Notes: generated by a model from the sequence alone, not told the origin. A stretch of DNA of 64,000 bases from Octopus vulgaris (GCA_951406725.2 OX597815.1:3658001-3722000), one strand, 5' to 3'. Numbered from the stretch's first letter, positions 1 to 13,619 are shown. Numbers and translations: made by a program.

Positions 1-42
1 TATATACATTAATCGTATTTTTTATATAAGCTTAAAGCTTCT

Positions 43-125
43 GGCGATCACCATGCAATGACTAAGGCTTTCCTATCCGCGTGGGAGTCGAACCCACTTC
101 CCGTTGTCAACGTCACACGCAACGA
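43..125 (-). mobile_element. tRNA-derived SINE head / tRNA pseudogene fragment
   Basis: Minus strand reads GTGGGTTCGACTCCCAC, a T-arm with B-box (GTTCGA). The 5' part is replaced by (TA)n and no complete cloverleaf is present. Confidence 0.45.
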
Positions 126-129
126 ATGC

Positions 130-192
<63 letters not shown>

Positions 193-367
193 CATATAAA
201 ATTTAAAGGACTGATTCCTTTAAATTATGTATTTAAAAAAATTTTAATCTTCGGATTTTTTTAATATGCTAGGCCTCTGATTTTAATTGATTAATATCAA
301 TTTCTACCCTTATTCAATTTTATATATACATATAAGTATACAGTCATACTGTATGCGGGAGAGTGTC

Positions 368-401
<34 letters not shown>

Positions 402-787
402 TACATATATTTATATGTACGTATGTATATGTATATATGCGTGTGTGTGTGTGTATTTATTATATATGTATATGCCCATATGTGTATAATACTCACAAAC
501 AGTTATGGATTAAGTATTTACAGAAACATACTATTTTTTACATGCATTTTGACGTATACACACACATGCATGTGCGCAGATACACACACATTTTTATATA
601 TGCAAATATTGTGCAGAATTATTGTGTAATTGTATACAGTAGTTGCAGCAAAAGATAATATTTACTTTAGAAAGGCTATATATAGATTTTTATGTATATA
701 TGTGTATATGTATGTATGCATATGAAAGTGTGCGTGAGTGTGCGTGTGCGTGTGTGTGTATATAAAATATATATAATATATTATTTT

Positions 788-1150
788 ATTCTTTTACTTG
801 TGTCCGTCATTTCGCCTTTTGTGGAGCAAATCGACCCCACGACTTATTCATTGTAAGCCCAGTACTTATTCGATCGGTCACTTTTGCCGAACCGCTAAGT
901 TACGGGGACATAAACACACCAGCATCGGTTGTCAAGCGATGTTGGGGACAAACACACATAAACTCACATATATATACATATACATATATACGATGGGCTT
1001 CTTTCAGTTTCCGTCTACCAAATCCACTCACAAGGCTTTGGTCGGCCAGGGGATATAGTAGAAGACACTACCTCAAGGTGCCACGCAGGACTGAACACCT
1101 AATCATGTGGTTGGTACCACACAAGCTTCTTACCACACAGCCACTCCAGC
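788..1150 (-). mobile_element. tRNA-derived SINE, family S2 (near full length)
   Basis: Head GGAGTGGCTGTGTGGTAAGAAGCTTG...GTTCAGTCC, body GAGTGGATTTGGTAGACGGAAACTGAAAGAAGCCC, internal (TA/TG)n, tail ...CAAGTAAAAGA. Matches copies at 42325, 45468, 60450 and 63130. Confidence 0.85.
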
Positions 1151-1151
1151 A

Positions 1152-1285
<134 letters not shown>

Positions 1286-1324
1286 TAATATATAATATAT
1301 ATATATATATACATACATACATAC

Positions 1325-1367
<43 letters not shown>

Positions 1368-1368
1368 C

Positions 1369-1412
<44 letters not shown>

Positions 1413-1568
1413 TATATATTATATATATATATATTGATAAAATGGCAAGACAACAATATATATATACATATATATATATATGTATATAGTTGTTTATGTT
1501 CATGCTTTTCGTCCACCGTGTTAATGAGTTTGCCAGCTCACCGCTTTAATAACAACAACAACGACAGC

Positions 1569-1660
<92 letters not shown>

Positions 1661-1678
1661 TAATAATAATAATAACAA

Positions 1679-2076
1679 CTACCAAAAACTGAGCAAATAT
1701 AAAGATCTTGAAATAGAAATCAGCAAAATGTGGAAGCTGAAGACTAAAACAATACCTGTTGTCATAAGTGCCCTGGGAATGATAGCAAAAGGGGCTGATT
1801 GCTACCTAACTCAGATACGAGGAAACCCCAAAATGGCAGAAATTCAAAAGATAGTGCTCATGGGAACTGCTCATATCCTACGCAAAATACTTTCTATAAT
1901 TTTGGGTTTTTGGGGGGGTTTTTTTTAGACATTCACTAGTACAACACTAAATACAAAACCAAATATATGGCACACTAGGCATAACAACAACATGGACTTC
2001 CAACCTGTTGTCTCTTGAGGTCTCTGGGTGAGACTTGGAGCCAACTTGTACAAATATAAAGCAAAAGTCAAACATA

Positions 2077-2077
<1 letters not shown>
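1679..2077 (+). mobile_element. R4/Dong-clade non-LTR retrotransposon, 5'-truncated 3' end
   Basis: [33 protein letters not shown]...[13 protein letters not shown] is an RLE C-terminus, followed by a 3'UTR. Near-identical to 17340-17753. (TAA)n on both sides. Confidence 0.85.
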
Positions 2078-2119
<42 letters not shown>

Positions 2120-2311
2120 TTTGGTTTCAAATTTTGCCACAAGGACAGCAATTTTAGGAGACGGAATGAGTCGATTACAACGTCTCCATTGTTCAGCTGG
2201 TACTTTATATAATTGATCCCGAAAGGATGAGAGGCAAAGTCGACCTTGGCGGAATTTGAACTCAGAACATTGTGGCAGAGAAAATACCGCTTAGCACTTC
2301 GTCCAGCGTGC
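2120..2311 (-). mobile_element. tRNA-derived SINE, family S1
   Basis: Reverse complement contains GTTCTGAGTTCAAATTCCGCC.AGGTCGACTTTGCC.CTCATCCTTTCGG, matching 54672-54882. Lies within (AAT)n. Confidence 0.8.
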
Positions 2312-2386
<75 letters not shown>

Positions 2387-2653
2387 TAATAATAACAACA
2401 ACAACAACTGATTGGTGGCTAGTTGGCTGGTTGGCTGATTGGTTGATTTTTCCTATCTTCAGTTCACGTCTTAAAAGGAGTGAAGCGTGAGAGAGTAAAA
2501 GGAACACAAGAACAACCAATCCGTATAAGTGGAGGGGAGCATGTCCTATGCTGTGTGTCAGACAATGAGTAAATGGAAGGGAAAGAAATATAGAGACAGG
2601 AGGAGATAGACTATGTATGTGTGTATGTATGTACACACACACACACACACACA

Positions 2654-2699
<46 letters not shown>

Positions 2700-2703
<4 letters not shown>

Positions 2704-2912
2704 TAATCCAAACAAGAAAGCACAAAAAAAACACAACAACGCGAGGACTTGGAGCAAATATAGTATTATTGGACGCTCAGGAAAGAAGGAAAGAAGCAAG
2801 GTTTAACGTTTCGAGCGGAGCTCTTCGTCGGAAACATAGGAGAAGGAAAGATCCAGAGAAGGGAAGACAGAGGGAAAAAATCGCCAACGGTACAGACGAG
2901 GTCACATTTTGA
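2700..2912 (-). mobile_element. Short interspersed module (Penelope pLTR-like) with hammerhead-like motif, copy 1
   Basis: Near-identical to 9734-9945 and 48744-48957; abuts (TA)n. Minus 2801-2835 reads GTTT-CCGACGA-A-GAGC(TCC)GCTC-GAA-ACGT-T-AAAC. Confidence 0.7.
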
Positions 2913-3849
2913 AAATATAATATGTATATGAATGAATAGAAAATGGCGATGTATAACAATTGGCAATTTATAAATCAAAATTTAAAATTCCTTAGCATAA
3001 TAGTATATTGTATTATATTCTTGTGATAATACAATATAATAAATAATAGATATTAAATACAAATGTTTCAGTTCTCGGCCATAATAAAATTATAAAAATT
3101 CATTGTTTCTTTGGCCAAGAATCTCCTCAGTGGAATTTCTTATGCATATTGGGATTCACACATCTAATAAGATTGACTTTCAATCTATTTGTTTACAAAC
3201 GTGATTGTTATTAATTAAAAACAAAAAAAAACAAAGATATTATTTTAAGTAGTTTTTATTCGGCTGCATGTGACTTAAAGTTTCGCTGACTTCCTATTGA
3301 AACGTGGCTCGTTAAGGCTCAGAGTACCGGATGAACCTGAACGCACCAGGTTTCTGCTCGAAGCTTGCAAAACCTTGAGTCGCTTGGGACCACATCAAAC
3401 TGTTTTAAATAATAATATATGAATCTACTATTAAATATGTTCAATGTCTTTTTCTTTCCTTTCCCCACCCACTCATACAAATATATAAGCATATATGTAT
3501 ATTAGCATATAATTATTTATATATGTGTGTGTATATATATATATATACATATATATACATATATATATACACACACGCCTGTGTGTGTGTCTGTGTCTGT
3601 GTTTGTCCCCATTTACGTTTGACAATCGGTGTCGATGCGTTTATGTGTCTGTAACTTAATTGTTGTTCAGCAAAAGGGACCGAGAGATTATAGTATATAT
3701 ATATATATATATATATATAACAAATATATATATATATAGTATATATATATATATATCGATATAATATATATAGGCGACGCTCAAGGGTAGCCGCAGTCAT
3801 ATATGACTGAAACGAGTATATATATAGTATATATATATATATATATATT

Positions 3850-3966
3850 CCGTTTTATATTTGGTTTGTAAGATTCTTTATGTGAATTCGTGCGTTGAAG
3901 CATATTTTGTTGTGTCTGGGGAGAGACATTCCCTTTTAGTGCTTTATTACTTAAAACACTCACCGG
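3850..3966 (-). mobile_element. Fragment of the repeat family seen at 22311-22553 and 30997-31075
   Basis: Shares GTAAGATTCTTTATGTGAATTCGTG...GTTGTGTCTGGGGAGAG with the other copies; next to (TA)n. Confidence 0.65.
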
Positions 3967-4255
3967 TTCGATTTCAGCAAAAAGAGACCGATAGATTAAG
4001 TACTGGGCTTAAAAAAACAAATAAGTAGAGACATCGAATCGGTGAGTAACAAAGCAGAAAAACGGAATGAATCTCCAGGGACACAATAATATGATGTATA
4101 TACCTCACTCAGAGATTTATCATATATATATATATTTATTGTGCAACTGAAGATGTCACCGCATTTGAATTGATGTAATGATTGCATTGTTCAATTAAAT
4201 GGAGCCGCTTGAACCGGTCGTAATGTATCACTACATGATATCCTTTTGCTTATTT

Positions 4256-4400
<145 letters not shown>

Positions 4401-4483
4401 TAAAGATTTTCTTACCTTTGTAAGGTATTTCTTTCATGCTGGCCACTTGATAATTTCGACACTTAAATATCGATATTATCCTC

Positions 4484-4556
<73 letters not shown>

Positions 4557-4625
4557 TGCATTGTTCATATTATATGGAGCCGCTTGTATGTATGTACTAT
4601 ATATATATATCATATTTGCTTATTT

Positions 4626-4945
<320 letters not shown>

Positions 4946-5402
4946 AATAATAATGATAATATGACAACAAAACAATGAAGGAAACCTCGATATTATGTAA
5001 AATAGAGGAATTAATCTATAAATATACGTAACAAATTATTATGACAACCAACTAATTGTCACATAATATTCATATATATATGTATTCATATATATCCATG
5101 TATGCATTTATGTAGTTATGTATGTATGTATGTATGTATGTATGTTTATACAAGAGAGAAATAAAGAGATTAAGTGCGTGTGTGTTATAAAATATATTCG
5201 AATAGTTTTGTTTTCATTTAATTTCATTTTATGATAATAAAATATTCTTGTTTTGAAAATTGGTAAGAATTCCATCGCTTTGTTGATGTTCTAAGAAATT
5301 TGATAGAAGTTAAATTATGGATACCGTGTGTATGTATGTTTGTGTATATATGTATGTATGTCATTTTTACTTATATGGTGGCAAAAGTTACCCGTCGTAG
5401 GA

Positions 5403-5552
5403 TGGTTCAAATTCCGCCGCGGTTGACCTCGCCTTTCGTCCTTTCGAGATCGATAAATTAAGAACCAGTTGCGTACGGGGGTCGATCTAATCGACTGCCC
5501 CCCATCAACCCACCCCCAAAAATTCAGGCCTTGTGCCCAGAGTAGAAAAGAT
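5403..5552 (+). mobile_element. SINE family S1, 5'-truncated
   Basis: GGTTCAAATTCCGCCG...GGTCGATCTAATCGACTG...GGCCTTGTGCCCAGAGTAGAAAAG. Confidence 0.8.
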
Positions 5553-5949
5553 AATATTGACGACGACTACGATGATAATGATGATGACGGTGGAAACGAC
5601 GACGATGACGATGATGATGATGATGATGATGATGACGTCGAAGACGACGATGACGACGATGATGATGGCGATGCGGATGAGGATGATGATGGTGATATAT
5701 CATATATATCATTTATTATGATTATTAATTATCTTTGCCATTCATCCTTCCGCGCGGTCGATAACATTAAGCAGCGATGAAGTGAGGCCTGTATTCCTTG
5801 CTAACCACTGACGCCCTTCCATCAAAAGTTGCTGGTTTTCTGTCTAAATTAGAAATGCTAATAATCCTAATACCAATTACAATAACAATCATACTAATAC
5901 TACTAATACTACTAATACTAATACTACTAATAACTACAACATTAATAAC

Positions 5950-6280
5950 TTTATCATCTATAATATTAATATTGCTATTATTTTTGCAATTATTGTTGTT
6001 GTTGCTGTTGATATCATCCTCATCATCATCATCATTATTATTGTTATTATTGTTATTATCATTATTATTATTATTTTGTTATTATCATTTATTGTTATTA
6101 TTATTATTATTGCTATTATTTATTATTATTATTATTATTATTATCATCATCATCATTATTATTATTATTATCATTATTATTATTATCATCATCATCATCA
6201 TGATTATTATTATTATTATTATTATTATCATCATCATTATCATCATCATCATTATTAGTATTATTATCATCATCATCATG

Positions 6281-6354
<74 letters not shown>

Positions 6355-6355
6355 G

Positions 6356-6396
<41 letters not shown>

Positions 6397-6422
6397 CATC
6401 ATCATCATCATAATCATCATCA

Positions 6423-6458
<36 letters not shown>

Positions 6459-6682
6459 CTATTATTATTATGATTATCAGTTATTATTATTACTATCCTT
6501 TATTATAATTATTATTATTGTTATTATTATTATTTTAGTATCATTATTGTTATTATTTTTATTATTACTATCATTATCAGTTATTATCGTTATCACTGTT
6601 ATTATTATAATTTATCATTATTATGACCATTTATTATTATTATTATCATCATTATTCTTATTATTATTATTATTATTATTGT
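5950..6682. repeat. Compound (ATT)n/(ATC)n microsatellite
   Basis: Visible triplet array; source of the poly-I/L/Y/H ORFs. Confidence 0.95.
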
Positions 6683-7192
6683 TGTTTTTCTCCTTCATTC
6701 AAAGCAAACCTCGTTCCATTATTGGATTTTCTCGGCAGGTTTGTCTTCATTGAGACTTCAATGCATAAATGCATGCAAGCATATTATTAACCGAGATACA
6801 ATGATGCAGAGAGAGAAAACGAAAATAAATAAAAAAAAAGATAAATCATGGCGATGGCGGAAGCGTCGATGATGGTGGTGGTGGTGGTGGTGGTGGTTGC
6901 GGTGGCGACAAAGGAGGCAGCAAAGACAACATTAGAGGGGTGGGGTGAGGTGGGAGGGGGAAATATGGCGGAACCAAATACTATATTGATAGATAAACAG
7001 ATAGAGAGGATAGATTAAGTAGGTAAATAGAATGTGGAGTCGGCGGAGGAATAGAGAGAGACGGGGTTGTGGTGGAGATGTATTATGAAGAGATTGAGCA
7101 AGTGAAGAGGAGAGAAGTATAAGAGAGGGAGGACGGTGGAGGGAGAGAAAAATGGCGCATGAGATAGATACATTAGAACCATATATATATAC

Positions 7193-7226
<34 letters not shown>

Positions 7227-7355
7227 TGTGTGTGTGTGTGTGTAAAGGGAGGGCGAGAGACAGGATGAACGAAATTTAAGATGGTATGTAGGGAGAACTT
7301 AAAATATGTGTGTGGATATTACAAAACAAACATTAGAATATCTGTGCATGCGTGT

Positions 7356-7394
<39 letters not shown>

Positions 7395-7505
7395 TGTGTG
7401 GTATTTAAAATTGATAAGAATGAATAGACAGATATAGGAACTATGCAGAAACACTTGCATATATGTTTATATAAGCACATATATAGCCTTTTGTATATAT
7501 TTATA

Positions 7506-7620
<115 letters not shown>

Positions 7621-7649
7621 GACAGGCTTCTTTCAGTTTCATCACCTAA

Positions 7650-8481
7650 ATTGTAACCTCATCTCCTTCGAGAGAGTCACTTTGCGAGCTATTTACCGGT
7701 CCCAGAGTTCTTTCCACTTTTGGAATCCAGCCTGGAAGTCGCTTTCCGTAAGTGATTCGCTCTGGATTTCGACAACGGTGTTAAAACGGTGACCTTTGAA
7801 CTGCATTTTCATCTTGGTTATGAGATGAAAGTCTGCTGGTGGTAAATCCTGGGAATAGAGCGAATGCGGAAGTAACACCATGTTGTTTTGGGCGAGAAAC
7901 GCACGAATGAGGTGAGATCGGTAACCGGGTGCATGGTCGTCGTAAAGAATCCAATTCTTCGCACACCAAAGATCCGGTCGCTTTCGCAGAATCTCATCCT
8001 TCAAACACTTCAAAACAACACAGTAGAACTCTCGATTGATGGTAAGGACCCGGTGGTGGTGGTGGCGAATTCTCGACGTATAGTACTGCGGATGTCGGTG
8101 AAAATCATGAGCAGGCTCTTTATGGAACTGCGACTCTGTCGTGCCTTTTTTTTTTTTTTTGTCGTGGAGATGAAGGCTTCTTCCACTGTCACGGCTGCTG
8201 CTTCATCGTGCACAATATCTGTGTAGCAGGCTTCCTGAGTTTATCGCAAAATTTAAGAATGGTTTTTTGCTCCATCTTTCTGTCCATGACAAAATCGCAG
8301 ACTACGACATGTACGTAATCACAAGAACACAAATTTAACAATTTGCAAAGTGAAGAGAGCGATATCATTTGGCACACTGCCCATTGAAGGTCACTGCTGG
8401 ATCTCACTGCGCAAGCAACCAAGTGCTGCCATCTGTTGGCGCACGACGAGTCAAATCCAGGAACTTTTTGATGCTACATCG

Positions 8482-8483
<2 letters not shown>
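7650..8483 (-). mobile_element. Decayed, internally deleted mariner (Tc1/mariner) DNA transposon
   Basis: Minus-strand pieces: MEQKTILKFCDKLRKPA (N-terminal HTH), KKARQSRSSIKSLLMIFTD, WILYDDHAP (HDNA motif), LPHSLYSQDLPPADF (YSPDLAP.DF motif), [12 protein letters not shown]. Left TIR-like end TACGATGTAGCATCAAAAAGTTCC at 8460-8483. Frameshifted. Confidence 0.85.
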
Positions 8484-8525
<42 letters not shown>

Positions 8526-8743
8526 TGTATTTATGTATGTATGTATGTATGTATATACAGTGAGAAAAAGAGAGACAGAGAGAGTCAGGGAGAGAGAGAG
8601 AGACACACACACACACATATATATACATACACACATACACACATATATGTGTGTATGTATTTATAAATGAATGTATGTGTACGCATGAGTGTATGTATGC
8701 ACATACATATGTACATACGTATGTACGTACGTATGTATGTATG

Positions 8744-8828
<85 letters not shown>

Positions 8829-9294
8829 AATCGTATACATACTTATGTGCAGTGAAATCAGTTTTCTTGTTCAAAATGTCGAAACTAGATCATTTCCCTA
8901 TTGAGAAATTACTTAAGCACACACACACACACACCCAGACGCGCACAGATGTATACACACACATGCACACACACACACACACACACACACATCTTTCCTC
9001 ACTACTCTTCCTCCTTCATACCCTCCAAACTTCTGTGTCCACTCAACTATAAATTAGCACACTACACATATTTTTCTCATCATTTCTTACGCTCCATCAC
9101 CTTTCCTCTCTTCCCCACACTCTCTCATTCCCCTCTCTCTCTCTTCTTCTTCTTCTTCTTCTCTGTTTCCTATCAATTTGTCTCACTTACCCCAATTTCT
9201 TTTTCTCCCTCTCTTTCCCTTTTTCTCAGTTGTGAATTTTTTTCCTTTGACGTCTTTTCTAACTTATGCTTTATTCATTTTTCACATATATTTG

Positions 9295-9331
<37 letters not shown>

Positions 9332-9512
9332 GTGTGTGTGTTGATATAATTGTGCATGTTACAGTGCATTTATAAGTAAAATTCTATGTGTGTGTGGGTG
9401 CGTGCGTGTGTGTGCGTGTGTCTGTGTGTGTGTGTGCGTGTGTGTGTGCGTGTGCGCGCGCGTTTATGTAGACAGAAAGATGTGTGTATATATATATATA
9501 CAAATGCATATG

Positions 9513-9548
<36 letters not shown>

Positions 9549-9569
9549 TTGATAAATAGATATATATAT

Positions 9570-9663
<94 letters not shown>

Positions 9664-9733
9664 GTATATATATGTACGTATGTATATGTTTTTATATATG
9701 TATATATAAGAATATATATATATATATATATAT

Positions 9734-9945
9734 AGTTAATCCAAACAAGAAAGCACAAAAAAACACAACAACGCGAGGACGTGGAGCAAATATAGTATTA
9801 TTGGACGCTCAGGAAAGAAGGAAAGAAGGAGGGTTTAACGTTTCGAGAGGAGCTCTTCGTCGGAAACATAGGAGAATGAAAGATCCAGAGAAGGGAAGAC
9901 AGAGGAAAAAAAATCGCCAACGGTACACACGCGGTCACATTTTCA
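9734..9945 (-). mobile_element. Hammerhead-bearing pLTR-like module, copy 2
   Basis: Same family as 2700-2912; motif at 9833-9867 with one helix II substitution; abuts (TA)n. Confidence 0.7.
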
Positions 9946-10043
9946 AAACTTCCATGCTTCCTGAAATCCGCCAACAGTACACCTGGTGGCCTTTTTCCTC
10001 TTAGATGTAGTGCACCTGAGCACTGTATGCAACAATTTCTCTC

Positions 10044-10075
<32 letters not shown>

Positions 10076-10226
10076 CTCTTTTACTCTTTTACTCTTTTAC
10101 TTGCTTCAGTCATGTGACTGCGGCCATGCTAGAGCACCACGTTTAGTCGAACAGATCGATCCAGGACTTATTCACTTTCACCCTAGTACTTATTCTATCG
10201 GTTCTCTCTTATCGAACCGCTACGTT
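10076..10226 (-). mobile_element. SINE S2 tail half
   Basis: CTCTTTTACTTGCTTCAGTCATGTGACTGCGGCCATGC...CTAGTACTTATTCTATCGG. Confidence 0.8.
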
Positions 10227-10292
10227 TACACAGACACACATATATATATCTATCCATAGATACACATACATACAAATATGTGTATATATATT

Positions 10293-10344
<52 letters not shown>

Positions 10345-10346
<2 letters not shown>

Positions 10347-10506
10347 AAAAGACAAAGACAGGTGGTGTACAAAACAGATGTATTAGTATAACGCCCAGGA
10401 ATTGAAACAGTCTTTTACGTTTCGAGCCTACGCTCTTCTACAGAAAGGGACACAGAAAAAAGGAGAGTTAAAAATCTGTGCAGTGGCTACCGATCTATCA
10501 TGGTGA

Positions 10507-10510
<4 letters not shown>
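10345..10510 (-). mobile_element. Sister hammerhead-bearing module between (TA)n tracts
   Basis: Minus 10412-10447 reads CTTT-CTGTAGA-A-GAGC(GTAG)GCTC-GAA-ACGT-A-AAAG. Downstream CCTGGGCGTTATACTAATAC resembles CCTGAGCGTCCAATAATAC of the 2700 family. Confidence 0.65.
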
Positions 10511-10583
<73 letters not shown>

Positions 10584-10657
10584 GTACATATACAGCCCTA
10601 ACAGCAAAATGTTCTGGAAATATGTATGTACGAAGCAGAGAGCTCACTCTCCAGTTG

Positions 10658-10700
10658 GCCATCTACCATACTCTGAACGTCTTGCTTCTTTGGACATGGA
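10658..10700 (+). mobile_element. Tiny CR1-group LINE RT C-terminal relic
   Basis: Translates HLPYSERLASLDMD, like the L.Y.ERL..L.L motif. Confidence 0.45.
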
Positions 10701-10951
10701 CATTGCGGATATCCTATTAGCTGCCGGCTAAGTTCTAATTAACGGCTAACCACAACGGTCAGTATTTAACGACTGTGACTACAAATAGTGGTGAGTCCAT
10801 GAATTCTTCGGATGGGAAATTCCGTGTACTTTCCAAGTGAGGCTACAGTCATGAAGTATCGAAGAGAGTTCTATGAGAGTTCTATGAAAAGCAAAGTTAG
10901 ATTGTAAGCAGACTTAAAATGTTTTCTAATGATGCACAGTTTTATAAAAGG

Positions 10952-11028
<77 letters not shown>

Positions 11029-11231
11029 GTAAATTTCAAGTGAGGAAATGCGTGTTCAACACCGCATTGGTGGATATATAATATCTTTATTCGTGAATTA
11101 AGGCTACCTTTGGTTTGGTGTAAAGAAAAGTAGGAAAAAAATATCGTATTCCCTCAATTTTTTAAGCCGATCACATGGAGAAAACTGCTCGCCTCCATTA
11201 CATACACACACACACACACCAACGCGTGCGC

Positions 11232-11308
<77 letters not shown>

Positions 11309-11569
11309 ATTCGTGCCAATGCACGTAACACGAGATATTCCAACAATTGGATCCGTTGTGCTTTGTGCGGAGGAATTTCTTCAAATAGCCCTCAGGATTT
11401 ATTTATTTTATTTATTTTATTTTATCTAGTTTCAGCTCACGAGCTGTGGTCATGCTGGGGCACCGCCATTTTATTTATAATAGAACAGCAAATCGTGCAA
11501 AAATACGCCTATTCTTCTTCTACTCTTTCTACTATTTCTTTATTTGGTTTAACATGGTATTTATTTTTC

Positions 11570-11776
11570 ATCTTTTACTTGTTTCAGTCATTGGACCGCG
11601 GCCATGCTGGAGCACCGCCTTGAAGAATTTTTAGTCGAATGAATCGACCCCAGTGCCTCTTTCTTTCTTAAGACTGGTACTTATTGCATCGGTCTCTTTT
11701 GCTGAATCACTAAGTTATCTGGACGCAAACACACCAGCACACCGGTTGTTAAGCGGTGTGGGAGGACAAATACAGA
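11570..11776 (-). mobile_element. SINE S2 tail half followed by expanded (CA)n to about 11990
   Basis: CTTTTACTTGTTTCAGTCATTGGACCGCGGCCATGCTGGAGCACCGCC...AAACACACCAGCAC. Confidence 0.8.
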
Positions 11777-11847
11777 CACACACACAAACACACACACACA
11801 CACACACAACAAACACACACGCACAAACACACACAAACACATACACA

Positions 11848-11909
<62 letters not shown>

Positions 11910-11943
11910 CACAAACACACACGCACACACAAACACACGCACA

Positions 11944-11979
<36 letters not shown>

Positions 11980-12201
11980 TACACACACACATAAGTGATT
12001 GAATCGCGCTTTTAACGAAAACGTACGACATAGTATTGACTTATAAACCTTGGAATATTATGGTTCCATAAAGAAATATGGTCTCCCTACCAGCAACTAA
12101 TATGTGTTCAAATATATATGTAAAGTCACACAATTACACAAATACACATACACACACATACACACACATACACACATTCACACAGCATAGCAGTCGCTCA
12201 C

Positions 12202-12276
12202 CATTGAACATGACCTGGTAGCTGGTATCATCCCTTCACTAATTGTATAGCTGCCTGTATCATCGCCAGCAGACAT
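12202..12276 (-). CDS. Speculative short coding exon (MSAGDDTGSYTISEGMIPATRSCSM)
   Basis: ATG-initiated 25-codon open frame in non-repetitive sequence, ending at ATG|GTGAGC (donor-like). No homology recognised. Confidence 0.15.
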
Positions 12277-13052
12277 AGACACTTTCTTTTTTATATATAA
12301 GCGCACAAATATCAATGTTATACTAATCAATACTTGTTATGTTCTCTCTCATAATTGAAGCTGAGCGATGAGGTTAGATTTCGAGCAAATGTTTGCAGCA
12401 TCCAAGTCTTCTTTCTCCTCTCCAATCCAGCATATCTTGTTGTTGTTGTTGATGTTGTTGCTGTTTTTAATAAAACTTCATAAATCGGAATTAACTGCAA
12501 TTTTCTTACGTATACATACGAGCTTCCGTATATTTTGGGATCTGTAGGGATCACGTGTAGAGACGGTCGATCGCTGCCATTTACCAAACAGATTAATATC
12601 ATTAGTTATAAGCTGGTCTTTCATACATATGAGGGAATCGGCATTGTGTACCATTCTGTTCGAATATAGCACAATTATGGAAAACATTGAATGCGGACAA
12701 ATTCTTCGGAATACGAAGGTAGAGTTTTGAGTTTCTGGTTCATCCAACTTGAGCTGGCAGAATCCATAGCACGCCGAACAAAATGCTTGGCGGCATTTCT
12801 TCCGGCTTTACGATCTGAGTTTAAAATAAAGTCATTTCTTGCGTTTTAATTTCTCTTTTTTCATAGTTCCTTACATTAAGTGGCTTCTCGCTTCGTTTGG
12901 GACTTTCAATTAATACACACACACACACGCAAGACACACTCACATATACAAAAGGTGAAATCCAGATATACTCACTTTAGAAAACACGTACTAATGCTTA
13001 AATGAGTTTGAACTTAAGCTCCGAATTCTTCAGCCAAGGTGCACCACGTCGG

Positions 13053-13101
<49 letters not shown>

Positions 13102-13317
13102 CTTCGGTTCTAATCCAGAAACGAGTCGTCTATAATTAATCCACAGGCTGGGTTTTCGTTATTTTCTGCCTTTTTTGCCATATACAGCTTACAAATTCTG
13201 TTTGTTTGTGGAGACTTTTTACTAGTAGAGGAAATAGTGACCAATTTTGGCTGCTATTTCTAATATTTTCGGTATGTGGTTTTGAGCAACTTGTTGCATT
13301 TAACCCTTAATTATAAT

Positions 13318-13387
<70 letters not shown>

Positions 13388-13436
13388 AACAAAAGTCAAG
13401 ATAGAAAATGCTAAAATAATTTTATAAAAAACATTT

Positions 13437-13474
13437 CAGTACCGGTTTCAGTCATTTTGAGACCTTTTCAACTG
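13437..13474 (-). ncRNA. Minimal type-I hammerhead ribozyme-like motif, U3-A8 variant
   Basis: Minus strand reads CAG-TTGAAAA-GGTC(TCAAAAT)GACT-GAA-ACCGGT-A-CTG. Helix I CAG/CTG, helix II GGUC/GACU, palindromic helix III ACCGGU, GUA site. Confidence 0.7.
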
Positions 13475-13619
13475 TAACAATTAAATAATTAAATTTAGAA
13501 AAATTAAATGAAAAGTTTTTTTAAAAGAATATTTGTATAGTGTTCAAATACAAGAGGCATTTTCCTTGTTTCTGCCTGTCTCTGTCTCTCTTGTTCACAC
13601 TTGTGGGTTATTCATCTAT

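Noticed and set aside
43-125. Functional tRNA gene (also the SINE heads)
   Set aside because: Only the T-arm or A/B boxes are present, with no complete cloverleaf.
2463-2486. 24-nt micro-exon candidate (ttcag|TTCACG...GAAGC|gtgaga)
   Set aside because: Splice-like motifs of this quality are expected by chance, and there is no supporting gene context.
5469-5780. Acidic poly-D ORF
   Set aside because: It is an S1 SINE tail plus a (GAT/GAC)n repeat.
12327-12747. Minus-strand ORFs of 89 and 91 aa
   Set aside because: No recognisable motif and non-ATG starts.
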